Below, one piece after another: positions 9,254-18,749 of a stretch of 64,000 nucleotides of DNA. The position numbers and the translations under genes were made by a program. The stretch lies in the IMG/VR virus record IMGVR_UViG_3300046820_001270, positions 128,001 through 192,000 of that record; one strand, given 5' to 3'. The number at the start of each line of letters is the position of its first letter. Within the stretch, counting starts at the first letter, position 1. The notes under the pieces are model-generated. The model was not told where the DNA came from. It made no database searches and worked only from the letters and a program-made list of their open reading frames with translations. This stretch comes from a virus (taxonomy: Duplodnaviria > Caudoviricetes).

Positions 9254-10162
9254 TTAATATCCTATGTCGAAGTTCTTAAAACGTTTCTTTAGATATTCAC
9301 GGAATTCTTTTTGTTCCTCGTCAGACAGAGGTGATTCCTCGGGGGAGTTCTTTTTACCATCAACAATTTCCCACCCAAAGTTACAGGTGATTTCGAAGTT
9401 AGGATGTAATACCTTATCGGCTCTATTGTAGTTAAACTTATCTTGATGTATCACAAACCCCTTGGACCAATCATGTGGTTCGAACAATTCATATGTATGA
9501 CCTCTCCATGTTCCTCTCTTCAGTGCGTTATACACAGACCTGGCTTTCTTTACCAACTTGGACATTGCCAGAGAATATCCGTCTGAGAAGGTTGGAAGAT
9601 CCCCTTGGGTTAAACTATACGTATTTAACAGATGTGATCTTGAGAACATGATACCACCGAACTTTTGTGGGGACAGAAGTTTCAAGTTATACGTCGGAGT
9701 ATCCATGTAGTCCCTTAGGTGAAGTATACCTTGACCAGGATGGACAGATATATTCTGTAATTTCAAATGATAACAATCAATTAGATCAGGAGGATAGATC
9801 GATGGTTTATTCATTAGATCAGGATTAATCTTAAGTAGACTATCGACGAAGTCAGCTACAGATACCTGTAGGATATTCAAAGGGATCTCAGGATTTGGGT
9901 TCATGTTTGGCATGTAGTCAATTCTAAGATTGATCTCCCCAAGATACTTCTCCTCATTATACCTAACAAAGGTGTATGGTATTTGGTCCAATTGAACTGA
10001 ATAATGTATCTCACCTTCAGGTATTTGGAACTTCCTATAGAACATATGTTCCTTCTTAAACTTCTGCACAGTCTGCACGAATTTTTCACTGGCAAACTTA
10101 AACTTGTCATTAGGGATATTATCCTGTTCCTCCGTTAATCCTTTTAATTTACTTAGTCTCAT
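9254..10162 (-). CDS. 'KAKTVYKALKKG' family protein with extra N-terminal domain
   Basis: KKARSVYNALKRG...KKRFKNFDI; TATTTATA upstream on minus strand. Confidence 0.7.
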   Translation of the reverse strand: MRLSKLKGLTEEQDNIPNDKFKFASEKFVQTVQKFKKEHMFYRKFQIPEGEIHYSVQLDQIPYTFVRYNEEKYLGEINLRIDYMPNMNPNPEIPLNILQVSVADFVDSLLKINPDLMNKPSIYPPDLIDCYHLKLQNISVHPGQGILHLRDYMDTPTYNLKLLSPQKFGGIMFSRSHLLNTYSLTQGDLPTFSDGYSLAMSKLVKKARSVYNALKRGTWRGHTYELFEPHDWSKGFVIHQDKFNYNRADKVLHPNFEITCNFGWEIVDGKKNSPEESPLSDEEQKEFREYLKKRFKNFDIGY

Positions 10163-10282
10163 AGTATATAAATATTGCCAAACAACATTGGATCGATCAG
10201 ATCCTGAAGTTCCTGTTGTTCCTAATGTACCATATGTTCCTGATGTTTCTTGCCAAACAATATCAGCATCCTGCGTCTTCGA

Positions 10283-10540
10283 TCAGGATAGTGGTTCTAC
10301 AGATACAGTTCGTCTATTGTTCTTACCAGTCTTGAAGGTCATTATACCATCTGCTGTAGCAAATAGTGTATGATCAGAACCCATACCGACATTGCTGCCA
10401 GGATAGTACTGTGTTCCTCTCTGGCGGATGAGGATGTTACCAGCTCGTGCTGACTGTCCACCGTGGATCTTTAATCCTAATCTTTTGCTGTGTGAATCAC
10501 GACCGTTCTTTACGGACCCTTCACCTTTCTTGTGTGCCAT
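10283..10540 (-). CDS. rpmA: 50S ribosomal protein bL27 (phage-encoded)
   Basis: [27 protein letters not shown]...[10 protein letters not shown]...PG.NVG.G.DHTLFA..DG: full-length L27 signature. Confidence 0.95.
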   Translation of the reverse strand: MAHKKGEGSVKNGRDSHSKRLGLKIHGGQSARAGNILIRQRGTQYYPGSNVGMGSDHTLFATADGIMTFKTGKNNRRTVSVEPLS

Positions 10541-10574
10541 ATTCTTTTGTTATTTACTGTTTACTATAAATAAT

Positions 10575-10600
10575 AAACCCCCCACAATAGTGGAGGGTCC
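10575..10600 (-). terminator. intrinsic terminator upstream of rpmA
   Basis: minus strand CCCTCCAC-TATT-GTGGGGG followed by TTT. Confidence 0.6.
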
Positions 10601-10623
10601 ATTATTGTTCGTCTATAATACGA

Positions 10624-10821
10624 TTACGCCGTCTTCAATAATTGGTTACGGAAAGTAATTGCTGTTCTCTTGTTTGAGAAGTTCTTAGAGATCTTATTAC
10701 CGTTAACAGATGCTCTTACGCGGTATGAACTACCGTCGAAATATACATTGTTAGATACTGGTACATAAGTTGTCTTGGTGCGACGAGCTGTACTCTTACG
10801 AGTTGTTGTTGTTTTTTTCAT
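10624..10821 (-). CDS. small basic AP2-like DNA-binding protein
   Basis: NNVYFDGSSYRVRASVNGNKISKNFSNKRTAITFRNQL resembles the AP2 three-strand/helix pattern; start at MKKTT. Confidence 0.5.
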   Translation of the reverse strand: MKKTTTTRKSTARRTKTTYVPVSNNVYFDGSSYRVRASVNGNKISKNFSNKRTAITFRNQLLKTA

Positions 10822-11061
10822 AATCATTAATTGTTTATAATAAAATATAACACCAATTATTGATAATAAAAAATTTAAGGCAACTTTTTTTTGGATTTCT
10901 CGAAATTTAATTTGCCAAACAACATTCCACAGACTCACTGTCCCGATCAGTACTTCTCCTCTACATGATCATACCACACATCTCCCCACTTACCACACAT
11001 GTAGTTGAAGTGTTCCTCAGTACTCATGAGGTAGTAAAGGATATGTTTGTCCCATATGAAC

Positions 11062-11244
11062 TTAAACTTTGTCATGGTATTTAATTTCAATGTTAACACT
11101 GTCTAAATTGAAGGTGTCGTAGAAATCTTGTAGGATCTCTATCTTGGCCCTTCCCACCCAAGGCAAGAGAAACCCCGAATCCATCTTTCGTTGGATCTTG
11201 GATATCTGATCCCTAACCCATAGTTTAACTAATTGATCATTCAT
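11062..11244 (-). CDS. hypothetical protein
   Basis: 60 aa ORF in minus operon. Confidence 0.5.
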   Translation of the reverse strand: MNDQLVKLWVRDQISKIQRKMDSGFLLPWVGRAKIEILQDFYDTFNLDSVNIEIKYHDKV

Positions 11245-11614
11245 TTTCTAATATTTTATATTGTTTATCACCAACAGTATCCAAGATATATGCAACCTCT
11301 ACTATATCCTCCAAGTCGTAGGTGGACAAGTCATCGAACTCATCCCCTTCTTGGTTCATACCCGTTAAGTACTGTCCATCGGTCATAGTCTTAACAAGGT
11401 ATGGTACCTTGATCCAATAACCTGACATATCCTCCTCACTGACATAGACATTGAATGGTTGATCAAACTCTATGGTCTGACCAAGTTGGAATAGATTCTC
11501 TATTTCGTTACAAAACTTAATCCTTAAGTTCTTAACTTCTTCTCTTGAGTTGTAGTTCATATTAATCTTCGTTGTTTTCGTTATCAAATTCTTCTTCCTC
11601 ATCTTCATTCTCAT
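11237..11614 (-). CDS. hypothetical acidic protein (true start probably near 11560)
   Basis: ORF track; N-terminus overlaps upstream gene. Confidence 0.6.
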   Translation of the reverse strand: MRMKMRKKNLITKTTKINMNYNSREEVKNLRIKFCNEIENLFQLGQTIEFDQPFNVYVSEEDMSGYWIKVPYLVKTMTDGQYLTGMNQEGDEFDDLSTYDLEDIVEVAYILDTVGDKQYKILENE

Positions 11615-12149
11615 CTAAGAGGTCCTCATCGGAGTTCCCAAGATACTCTAATCTAATTCCCACAATCTTATCACCATCCATCATTACATCCATAGGATAT
11701 AGTCCATCACCAATACCTGATGAGGTTACCACACCTGTGTCATACAAACCCCATTGGTTTTCAGATAAGGTAAATCTACACATCTTCTCATACCACTTCT
11801 CTCCACCATCGTCCTTTCTATATTGTCCAAGACTGAAGTCACTCTCGGGTGTTGTAATACCTTCAGACATTTCATCGTTACGATAACTTGTCATACAGAA
11901 GACACCACACTGTCCACTATCAACACCACATTCACTGTGTTGTTCCCAATCACCATCATCTACATAATCCTCGTGGATTACTGTAATACTTGACACTCGG
12001 GTACCCCAACCTGTTCCTTCATCGTGTCTATCTACCTCGACATTGTACTTACCGGGTAATACATTAGTTAATTTAGTTTGACACCAAGTGTCGGGTGTAT
12101 AACAAGGGTCAGACACCATTACATTTTCGGAGAGAGTAATTTGATTCAT
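11562..12149 (-). CDS. DUF4241-like protein
   Basis: VSDPCY...VDSGQCG...SGIGDGLYP motifs. Confidence 0.55.
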   Translation of the reverse strand: MNQITLSENVMVSDPCYTPDTWCQTKLTNVLPGKYNVEVDRHDEGTGWGTRVSSITVIHEDYVDDGDWEQHSECGVDSGQCGVFCMTSYRNDEMSEGITTPESDFSLGQYRKDDGGEKWYEKMCRFTLSENQWGLYDTGVVTSSGIGDGLYPMDVMMDGDKIVGIRLEYLGNSDEDLLDENEDEEEEFDNENNED

Positions 12150-12174
12150 TTTAATTTAGTTTAGTTTATGGGGA

Positions 12175-12206
12175 TAAAGTTAAATTGTTTATTCGAATAT
12201 ACCAAA
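12175..12206 (-). promoter_or_regulatory. Bacteroidota sigma70-type promoter
   Basis: TTTG-N20-TAACTTTA on minus strand. Confidence 0.65.
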
Positions 12207-12207
12207 T

Positions 12208-12702
12208 TTAGTTGGAATATATTTTAGTAAAGTTATCCACATTTTCAATAATAGTTTCTAACATAGATGTCCTTAACTTGTAATACACCTTCTTCATAAA
12301 GTCCTCATTGCCAAACAATATCTGAGGATCCACTGTCATCCCATTCGGGAAGTAGAGGTCTATAGGATCAATTAGAACTCTGAGTTCATTGATGTCATTA
12401 TCGGTTCTGTAGAAATTTGTTCTGGCATAGATGTACTTGTCCTTAACGGTATATAGTTTCACATTGCCAATCAAGTTTGACAGTGATCGGATCTGAAGTA
12501 CTATAACTTCTAAATCAGACAACTCTTGTATATCGGTCTTCATCGCAGTTACTCGTTCCTTGTACAGTTCCACGAATTTTGCCAAACCAATTTCGGGATG
12601 GAGATCCGTCCCGTGGTCATCAGTTATGAATTGTTCCCACTGCGGTATAGTCTCTTGATCACCTACCACTTTAAGGAAAACTCCGTTGTTTAATTTGCCC
12701 AT
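12208..12702 (-). CDS. hypothetical protein
   Basis: 164 aa ORF; carries TGCCAA motif copies inside the coding sequence. Confidence 0.6.
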   Translation of the reverse strand: MGKLNNGVFLKVVGDQETIPQWEQFITDDHGTDLHPEIGLAKFVELYKERVTAMKTDIQELSDLEVIVLQIRSLSNLIGNVKLYTVKDKYIYARTNFYRTDNDINELRVLIDPIDLYFPNGMTVDPQILFGNEDFMKKVYYKLRTSMLETIIENVDNFTKIYSN

Positions 12703-12926
12703 GATAATGGATTTAAAAAGTTAATAATTTTGCCAAACAAATTCCCACCAGCAGATCTTGTCTGTCCAAGGAAAACTTTTGTGTTAAACACATTGCCTCC
12801 ATAGTATCGTGTGGGTTTAGTGTATCCACTTGCCACACCATATTGGCGGAACCACTCGTCTTGAGTCAGTTGTTTTTCGGGGTAAGTAGTCTTACTCACC
12901 TTCGGTGTCGTCGTCATCTTCGTCAT
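12690..12926 (-). CDS. hypothetical protein
   Basis: 78 aa ORF in operon. Confidence 0.5.
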   Translation of the reverse strand: MTKMTTTPKVSKTTYPEKQLTQDEWFRQYGVASGYTKPTRYYGGNVFNTKVFLGQTRSAGGNLFGKIINFLNPLSWAN

Positions 12927-13542
12927 TGTTATTAATTGTTTCGTTATAAATTCTTGTTAATTCTACCTTGTCTTCATCTGATACGAAATCGAATTCGGTT
13001 AGGAAGTCCTCTAATGATAGTTCCTCATCTACAATACAATCACTTCTATATTCTACTTCAGACCAAAACTCCTCTCTTGAGTATTTGTATATTCCCTCAA
13101 GATATCCACATTCGTCGTCATATACTTCCAACTCACCATGCACCCAATTAAATGTGGTTTCACCAGCAAACCCTACTCCTCCTTCAGAATAGAACAGGTA
13201 CGCATTCACCTTGTACATCTCACATAAGTTCTGTAGGAATGGAATCGGTGGTGACCAAGCCGTTTCACAACTCAAAGTGATTTCATCTTTACTGAATGTA
13301 AATGAATGTTCCTCATATGAGATGTCCCATTTAGTTCCAAACCATTCAATGTTAGTGTCGTACCATTTCTCCTTGTAATCACCATCAGACATATGTTGAG
13401 GTAATCCTATGAGGGATTGAAACACATTATCACTTGGACCATCATCATCAGATGACTTAAGGGATTTGATAACGGATGTGAGAGTACGAATTGTACCCTC
13501 ATCACCGCTGATTTTAATGTAGTTGTTGCACCAATTTGGCAT
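12892..13542 (-). CDS. DUF1281/YubB ferredoxin-like family protein
   Basis: MPNWCNN start; WFGTKWD; F/CETAWSPP motifs. Confidence 0.8.
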   Translation of the reverse strand: MPNWCNNYIKISGDEGTIRTLTSVIKSLKSSDDDGPSDNVFQSLIGLPQHMSDGDYKEKWYDTNIEWFGTKWDISYEEHSFTFSKDEITLSCETAWSPPIPFLQNLCEMYKVNAYLFYSEGGVGFAGETTFNWVHGELEVYDDECGYLEGIYKYSREEFWSEVEYRSDCIVDEELSLEDFLTEFDFVSDEDKVELTRIYNETINNNDEDDDDTEGE

Positions 13543-13548
13543 AGTATA

Positions 13549-14145
13549 TTAGTTTTCTTGTTCTTGTTTAAAATCATTTAGGAACTCGTCCTCAAATGGT
13601 AAGTTATTTAACTGATAAGATTTAATCAATTTGATTGGATGATAATCACTACCCTTTTCAGTTAGATTAAAGAACCTATCCTCTATTGTTAGTGGTTCTT
13701 TATTAAAACCCTCGTAAACTTCTAATTTGTTATTATCCAAATCTACAAGATATGCCCACTCACAGAATAAACTATCACCTGCGAAGTCTGTGCTATCGGT
13801 AATCCAAATCTCATCTTCTTCACCATCTCTAATCATTTCGAGAATTCTAGCACCATTATCTCTTGTGAGGTATGGATACTTCTCTTGATATAACTTCGAC
13901 TGGTCTCCTGTCATCCAACCATTCTCACATCCAATAGTCTTTAACCAATTCTGAATTTCTTTCTCTTTGTTTCCGTTTGTAAAGAAAACTTTGTTTAGTT
14001 TGTTTTTAAATTCTTCCAAATTAGTTGTTTGTAAGAACTCTAATACAATAACACCATTACCTGATGGGTATCCATCCCATTGTCCGTATTGTGCTACCTT
14101 TGTTTCTCCATTGGAGATTACCATTGTTAAATTTCTTGTTCCCAT
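13549..14145 (-). CDS. hypothetical phage protein (YxQWDGYP family)
   Basis: MGTRN...QYGQWDGYPSG...EWAYLVDLD. Confidence 0.7.
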   Translation of the reverse strand: MGTRNLTMVISNGETKVAQYGQWDGYPSGNGVIVLEFLQTTNLEEFKNKLNKVFFTNGNKEKEIQNWLKTIGCENGWMTGDQSKLYQEKYPYLTRDNGARILEMIRDGEEDEIWITDSTDFAGDSLFCEWAYLVDLDNNKLEVYEGFNKEPLTIEDRFFNLTEKGSDYHPIKLIKSYQLNNLPFEDEFLNDFKQEQEN

Positions 14146-14165
14146 AGTTTTATAAGTTTAGGACA

Positions 14166-14197
14166 CAAAGATAAAGTTTATATTTTTATCCAACAAA
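14166..14197 (-). promoter_or_regulatory. Bacteroidota sigma70-type promoter (perfect consensus)
   Basis: TTTG-N20-TATCTTTG. Confidence 0.85.
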
Positions 14198-14216
14198 TTT
14201 ATTTCAAAGTTTTTTT

Positions 14217-14233
14217 TGTTAAAATGTTGTTAA
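14217..14233 (-). promoter_or_regulatory. TTAACA-N5-TTAACA direct-repeat box
   Basis: same box upstream of promoters at 16060, 17386, 18473, 19373. Confidence 0.7.
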
Positions 14234-14428
14234 AGGATTTTACCAGAAAAACTGGTAGGCGCAGCTGGCTGATATTGATTGGCAACATTTGCGCTGTAAA
14301 ATCCAGCAGAGGCGCACAGGGGGAATTTGTTTGGCAAACATAACTCGTTGATAATCAATAAAACTAATTTTGCCAAACAACATCGGTGCTGTGCTGCGCT
14401 AGAAATTTAAATTGCTTCATTAGTGCGC

Positions 14429-14460
14429 AAAAAAATCCCCCGTACTTCTACGAGGGATCG
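14429..14460 (-). terminator. intrinsic terminator
   Basis: hairpin CCCTCGTAG-AA-GTACGGGGG with T-run on minus strand. Confidence 0.6.
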
Positions 14461-14487
14461 AACTAAACTTACTAACCCACACCTTCT

Positions 14488-14664
14488 CTATTTACTTTGT
14501 AATACGTCTTTAAATAATTTTAAAGAACCATTTATTATAGTCGTCTCTTTAATCGCATCATCTATTGATTTAAAACTCTTGTGTAATACGAAAGTCTTGC
14601 TATCATTGGAATACCAAACATCATACGTTTTTTTACTTGGAGATAAAATTATCTTCGTGGTCAT
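14488..14664 (-). CDS. small hypothetical protein (58 aa, below ORF-track cutoff)
   Basis: MTTKIILSPSKKTYDVWY...; TACCTTTG element upstream, terminator downstream. Confidence 0.55.
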   Translation of the reverse strand: MTTKIILSPSKKTYDVWYSNDSKTFVLHKSFKSIDDAIKETTIINGSLKLFKDVLQSK

Positions 14665-14903
14665 TGTTATACGGATTTAATGAAGTACAAAGGTAATACA
14701 TATTTTATTACAAACCAACAAATTTTTAAATTTATTTATTTTTTTATTATATGTGAAAGATTTAATCAAAAAAGTTAAACAGATCTTGCCAAACAATATC
14801 TCACCAGGCCCATTACTGGTATTACATCTAATAAAAATGGAGATCCGTAGATCTCCATTGTACAACTAACCAAACACTTAATTATTAAACACTATATAAT
14901 ATA

Positions 14904-15188
14904 CTAAAAATTTTTGACTTGGTCAACTTTATTAGAGAAAACTTCTAATACATCACCTCGACCATTCATGTTGTATATCTCAGCCGTAGATTCACCACCA
15001 TTATCACTTGGTTGTAATACTTCCTTTGTATCCATAATCTCTTCCCAACTAATCTGTTCAAGGTCTCCGTCTTCATACATTTGTTTGGCAATCTTAACTG
15101 CCTCGTTTAAGTCGTTAGCCTTAACTTCAAAGTCGGTTCTCATCCATGTTGTAACCTTTTGGTCTAAAAAGAATTCAAATGTTTTCAT
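14904..15188 (-). CDS. hypothetical acidic protein
   Basis: 94 aa ORF. Confidence 0.65.
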   Translation of the reverse strand: MKTFEFFLDQKVTTWMRTDFEVKANDLNEAVKIAKQMYEDGDLEQISWEEIMDTKEVLQPSDNGGESTAEIYNMNGRGDVLEVFSNKVDQVKNF

Positions 15189-15191
15189 ATG

Positions 15192-15431
15192 TTAAAATTT
15201 ATTTCTTACACCCACCTTACGAAACAAATCGTCGTACGGGTCTGTTTTTGGTTTTAGTGATTCATTAATTAGTGTGATATCAGCTTCGGATATTTCATCC
15301 ACAAACTTCTTATCCAAATCGTCGAGATGTCTGCCAGACAATTTGTCGAATCCTCCCATCTGATATTTGGGATAGATAATCTTGGTTTCTGTGTCGATTA
15401 CTGATGCTACGGAGTTTAGTTCTACTATCAT
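15192..15431 (-). CDS. hypothetical protein
   Basis: ORF in coupled operon. Confidence 0.6.
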   Translation of the reverse strand: MIVELNSVASVIDTETKIIYPKYQMGGFDKLSGRHLDDLDKKFVDEISEADITLINESLKPKTDPYDDLFRKVGVRNKF

Positions 15432-15664
15432 GGTAAATCGTTTTCGGTGATTGTTAATATAGTTTCTATATCATATTTAAAACTTATCAAATACTCAAAC
15501 ATCTTCTCATCACTCTCAATAATTTCTTGTTTGGTAATTGGTGAACTATTCCAATTATCGTAGAAATTATTAATCACTGCGTTTCTCAAACCTTTAATGG
15601 TAAAATACATTTCATCTGACGATGTATCTTCCTTATCTTTTAATTTTAAAATATCTATTTTCAT
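15428..15664 (-). CDS. hypothetical protein
   Basis: ORF overlapping neighbours by 4 nt. Confidence 0.6.
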   Translation of the reverse strand: MKIDILKLKDKEDTSSDEMYFTIKGLRNAVINNFYDNWNSSPITKQEIIESDEKMFEYLISFKYDIETILTITENDLP

Positions 15665-16002
15665 ATTAATTGTTTTAATTTGTAATTAAATTCTTCTCTC
15701 ATACCTTCTACATCATAAACCTTCTTGGTCTCGTCGTCGTTGGGATGATAGAAACTAATATCCACCTCAATTTTATTACTTGGAAGGATTTGTTTCATAA
15801 GATAATCTACAACCTTACCACCGATAATTTCTTTCACCTCTTCAATCTCTTCCTCGTTCTCCACATCAATAGTGATACCACCTTGAATTAAATTATCAGT
15901 AACCTCCTCAATAAATTCATCACAAGAAATACTTTCGATGAATTGTGTGTGTTTGTCGGCGAATATGTCATTCACCATTTCAGATACAATTTGTTTGTCC
16001 AT
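15661..16002 (-). CDS. hypothetical acidic protein
   Basis: first gene after promoter at 16022. Confidence 0.65.
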   Translation of the reverse strand: MDKQIVSEMVNDIFADKHTQFIESISCDEFIEEVTDNLIQGGITIDVENEEEIEEVKEIIGGKVVDYLMKQILPSNKIEVDISFYHPNDDETKKVYDVEGMREEFNYKLKQLI

Positions 16003-16021
16003 GTTTAATAAGTTTAGACCA

Positions 16022-16076
16022 CGAAGATAATTGTTTTTTCTTTATCAAACAAATTGATTTGTTAAAACTTTGTTAA
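16022..16076 (-). promoter_or_regulatory. Bacteroidota-type promoter plus TTAACA-N5-TTAACA box
   Basis: TTTG-N20-TATCTTCG; box at 16060-16076. Confidence 0.75.
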
Positions 16077-16221
16077 AGAAATTAACAGATGTATTACCTG
16101 TGATCCGAGCTGTATTATTGTTTGGCAGAAATGTCAAGTTTATTGCGCAGAAAACTTGACAAGTGTTATAGTTTTATATAAAAAGGTAACAAGTGTAATA
16201 CGTTGTTGCCAAACAACTTTG

Positions 16222-16296
16222 GGTACATGAGGAACAAGTGGCACTTCAGGAACATCTTGGAGGAACTTGTGGCACTTCGGGAACTTGAGGAACAGC
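16222..16296. repeat. 9-bp-periodic GGAAC/GGCAC tandem repeat
   Basis: ggtacatgaggaacaagtggcacttcaggaacatc...; similar arrays at 10203-10250 (reverse) and 19962-20003. Confidence 0.65.
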
Positions 16297-16416
16297 AGAT
16301 CCCAACAATTTGATTGGCAATTGCCAAACAACAATGTAAGCTCACCAGGCGCTAGTATTTGTAATACGATTGCCAAACAACATTCCTCGCCGGCACTGTG
16401 CCTATTTTGATAAAAT

Positions 16417-16443
16417 AAAAAACCCCCTACTTTCGTAGAGGGT
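16417..16443 (-). terminator. intrinsic terminator
   Basis: CCCTCTAC-GAAA-GTAGGGGG + TTTTTT on minus strand. Confidence 0.75.
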
Positions 16444-16469
16444 CGGGAGGGAAAACACAAACCTAACTA

Positions 16470-17318
16470 TTAAACCATATGAACCAAATCTGAAAATATC
16501 TCTTGTTCTACTTGACCAATACCACCGAACATTTTTGCTTCGGTATTATCGTTCTTACTATAAGAGTGTGTAGTGTATTTTGTTACACCACTAAATAAAC
16601 CCCACATATTATCACCCTTTTGAGACAACTCACCATTTAAGTCAATATAAAATCTTGATAAGTTATTACGTGTTCTCGTTGATAAAGCATCTCCATCATT
16701 TAAATCAACTTCAGGTTTGATGCCAAACAATTTTCGAGTCACCTTCTCCTTCAACAAATCGTCAAAACGTGTTTCACTTAATTCAGTAATGAATCTGAAT
16801 GTTTCCTTCTCTTCTTGCAAAACAATATCCAAACGTCTGCAGATGTCTTCAACTTTTAAAGACATAGACTTTGTGTGTCGAACTTTGTTTTGAAGTCCAC
16901 TCATAACTCTAAAGAACGTGTTCATACAACTGATAGTTGTATTAGAATGACCGAATGCCAATGATGTTGAACCATCAAAAGAATTCACACCCGTTAAGAA
17001 ACCTTCGATGCGGTCATTGCCTAACTTCAAATCATTTCCTTTTAATTGAACGTAGATACGACCACCATCCTTGAACTCACCTCCACGATGAATTTCTAAA
17101 CCCGTTCTACCTGATACTTGATGTAATAAGTCCATCAACTCATAATTCTGATAAGGAACATAACCATCAGAATGCAAACCAACAATCATGTTGTTGTCAT
17201 CTCTAACTATTGCCTTTTTGTTTGGAATACTAATACCACTAATGGTTTGTAATTCCTCTTGGCGAACCGTCCAATTAAGGTTGGTCTTGTCCAATAATGT
17301 TTTTACTTGTTCATTCAT
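16470..17318 (-). CDS. DUF932/DUF945 family protein (TIGR03299-like)
   Basis: LNWTV...KKAIVRDD...Y.P.QN...GGRIYVQ...NSFDGS...CMNT. Confidence 0.8.
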   Translation of the reverse strand: MNEQVKTLLDKTNLNWTVRQEELQTISGISIPNKKAIVRDDNNMIVGLHSDGYVPYQNYELMDLLHQVSGRTGLEIHRGGEFKDGGRIYVQLKGNDLKLGNDRIEGFLTGVNSFDGSTSLAFGHSNTTISCMNTFFRVMSGLQNKVRHTKSMSLKVEDICRRLDIVLQEEKETFRFITELSETRFDDLLKEKVTRKLFGIKPEVDLNDGDALSTRTRNNLSRFYIDLNGELSQKGDNMWGLFSGVTKYTTHSYSKNDNTEAKMFGGIGQVEQEIFSDLVHMV

Positions 17319-17336
17319 ATTAATTTATTTAGAGTG

Positions 17337-17402
17337 TAAAGGTAGTCTTTTTATATTACCCACCAAATATTATTTAATCTTTTTTTGTTAAAGTTTTGTG
17401 AA
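17337..17402 (-). promoter_or_regulatory. Bacteroidota-type promoter plus TTCACA-N5-TTAACA box
   Basis: TTTG-N19-TACCTTTA; box 17386-17402. Confidence 0.7.
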
Positions 17403-17643
17403 AGGATCTGTAATACGAGAATAGGATCTGTGACGCACTGTAAATATTGATTGGCAAATGCCAAACAACATTAACTGAGTAAATTAATCCAAGTCGTGTT
17501 GTCCTGTTTTTTATATAATAAAGTGGACATATGTAATACGAACTTGCCAAACAATATATTTGCATGCGCATGGTAAAATCTGTGGACATAAAAAAAGGGA
17601 TTGTCTTACGACAACCCCCGTTCCTATTATTCACTAACCAAAT

Positions 17644-18390
17644 CTAAAACCTTAAATTAACTTTATTACTTCTCTTGTAATTGTAGATGTCCTCAATCAT
17701 TTCTACATATTGGTCTACCGTACCACAAGCAACTAAATTGTTTGGTCTTAACTTAACTTTGTGTAAGAACTCACTAAACACAAACTCTTTCTTATTTGAA
17801 ACAACTTTGATAAAAGCTCTTACGAAAATAGCTTTAGTGTAATACTTCTCAAAGTAAGGTTTCAACTCTAATATATAACCCGCCCACTCACGAGCTTTTT
17901 TCTCATTCTTAACAACATACTCACCACTTTCAAAAGTATCTCTCTTGATTGTTGATAATGTGTTGTTCAATAACATTGCAACTTCCGTGTATTTAAACAT
18001 TGGAAATTCATTTACGAATTGATTGAAAGTAACGTAGTGTGAATTACCTTTTGTTACAAACTTGTGTAAGTGGTCAAAGGGTGACCAATTTCTTTGTAAG
18101 GTATTCATACTTGTCATTTCATCACTACCTGCACCTTTTGTTACTTTATAACGAATTGGTGTGTTAGCAGACATTGCAGCTTTTACTCTGTGTTGTCCGT
18201 CAATAACTTCACCATTACCATTTAAAGTTACAACTGATGATGATAACCAACCATTTTGTTTCATACGATTAGCTAACTTCTTTACATGATTTTGATTAAC
18301 TAAACGATTGTCGCCACGAAACTTAAAGATTGAATAATCTTTTGTTTCAAAGATTTCACCTACTTTTTTTCCAACTTGAATCTTGTTCAT
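17644..18390 (-). CDS. ParB/Srx-like N-terminal domain protein (DGQHR motif)
   Basis: NRLVNQNHVKKLA...VIDGQHRVKAA. Confidence 0.8.
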   Translation of the reverse strand: MNKIQVGKKVGEIFETKDYSIFKFRGDNRLVNQNHVKKLANRMKQNGWLSSSVVTLNGNGEVIDGQHRVKAAMSANTPIRYKVTKGAGSDEMTSMNTLQRNWSPFDHLHKFVTKGNSHYVTFNQFVNEFPMFKYTEVAMLLNNTLSTIKRDTFESGEYVVKNEKKAREWAGYILELKPYFEKYYTKAIFVRAFIKVVSNKKEFVFSEFLHKVKLRPNNLVACGTVDQYVEMIEDIYNYKRSNKVNLRF

Positions 18391-18422
18391 TTTAATTATT
18401 TTTTAGATTAATGAATAGAGAA

Positions 18423-18489
18423 CAAAGGTCTATATAATAATTGATATAAACAAATATCTTTTATAATATTTCTGTTAAAGTTTTGTTAA
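18423..18489 (-). promoter_or_regulatory. Bacteroidota-type promoter plus TTAACA-N5-TTAACA box
   Basis: TTTG-N20-GACCTTTG; box 18473-18489. Confidence 0.7.
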
Positions 18490-18695
18490 GGTGTAATACG
18501 AAGATTTCCCGTCTGCATCTGTGGTGATGTTGATTGGCAAGATCTCACCAGTTGGTTTCCAGCTCAGGACCAGTGACGATATTGATTGGCAATGCCAAAC
18601 AATAAATGCACGTGCGCTGTTGTCACGGGGGTTAAGTGTAATACGTTTGCCAAACAAGTTCTGAGATGGATCCGAACCAACACTTCTTGTAAATA

Positions 18696-18722
18696 AAAAA
18701 CCCCCGAATTACTTCGAGGGTC
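18696..18722 (-). terminator. intrinsic terminator
   Basis: CCCTCGAA-GTAA-TTCGGGGG + T-run. Confidence 0.7.
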
Positions 18723-18749
18723 TTCACCTTTTCTCAACCTTATGTATTT

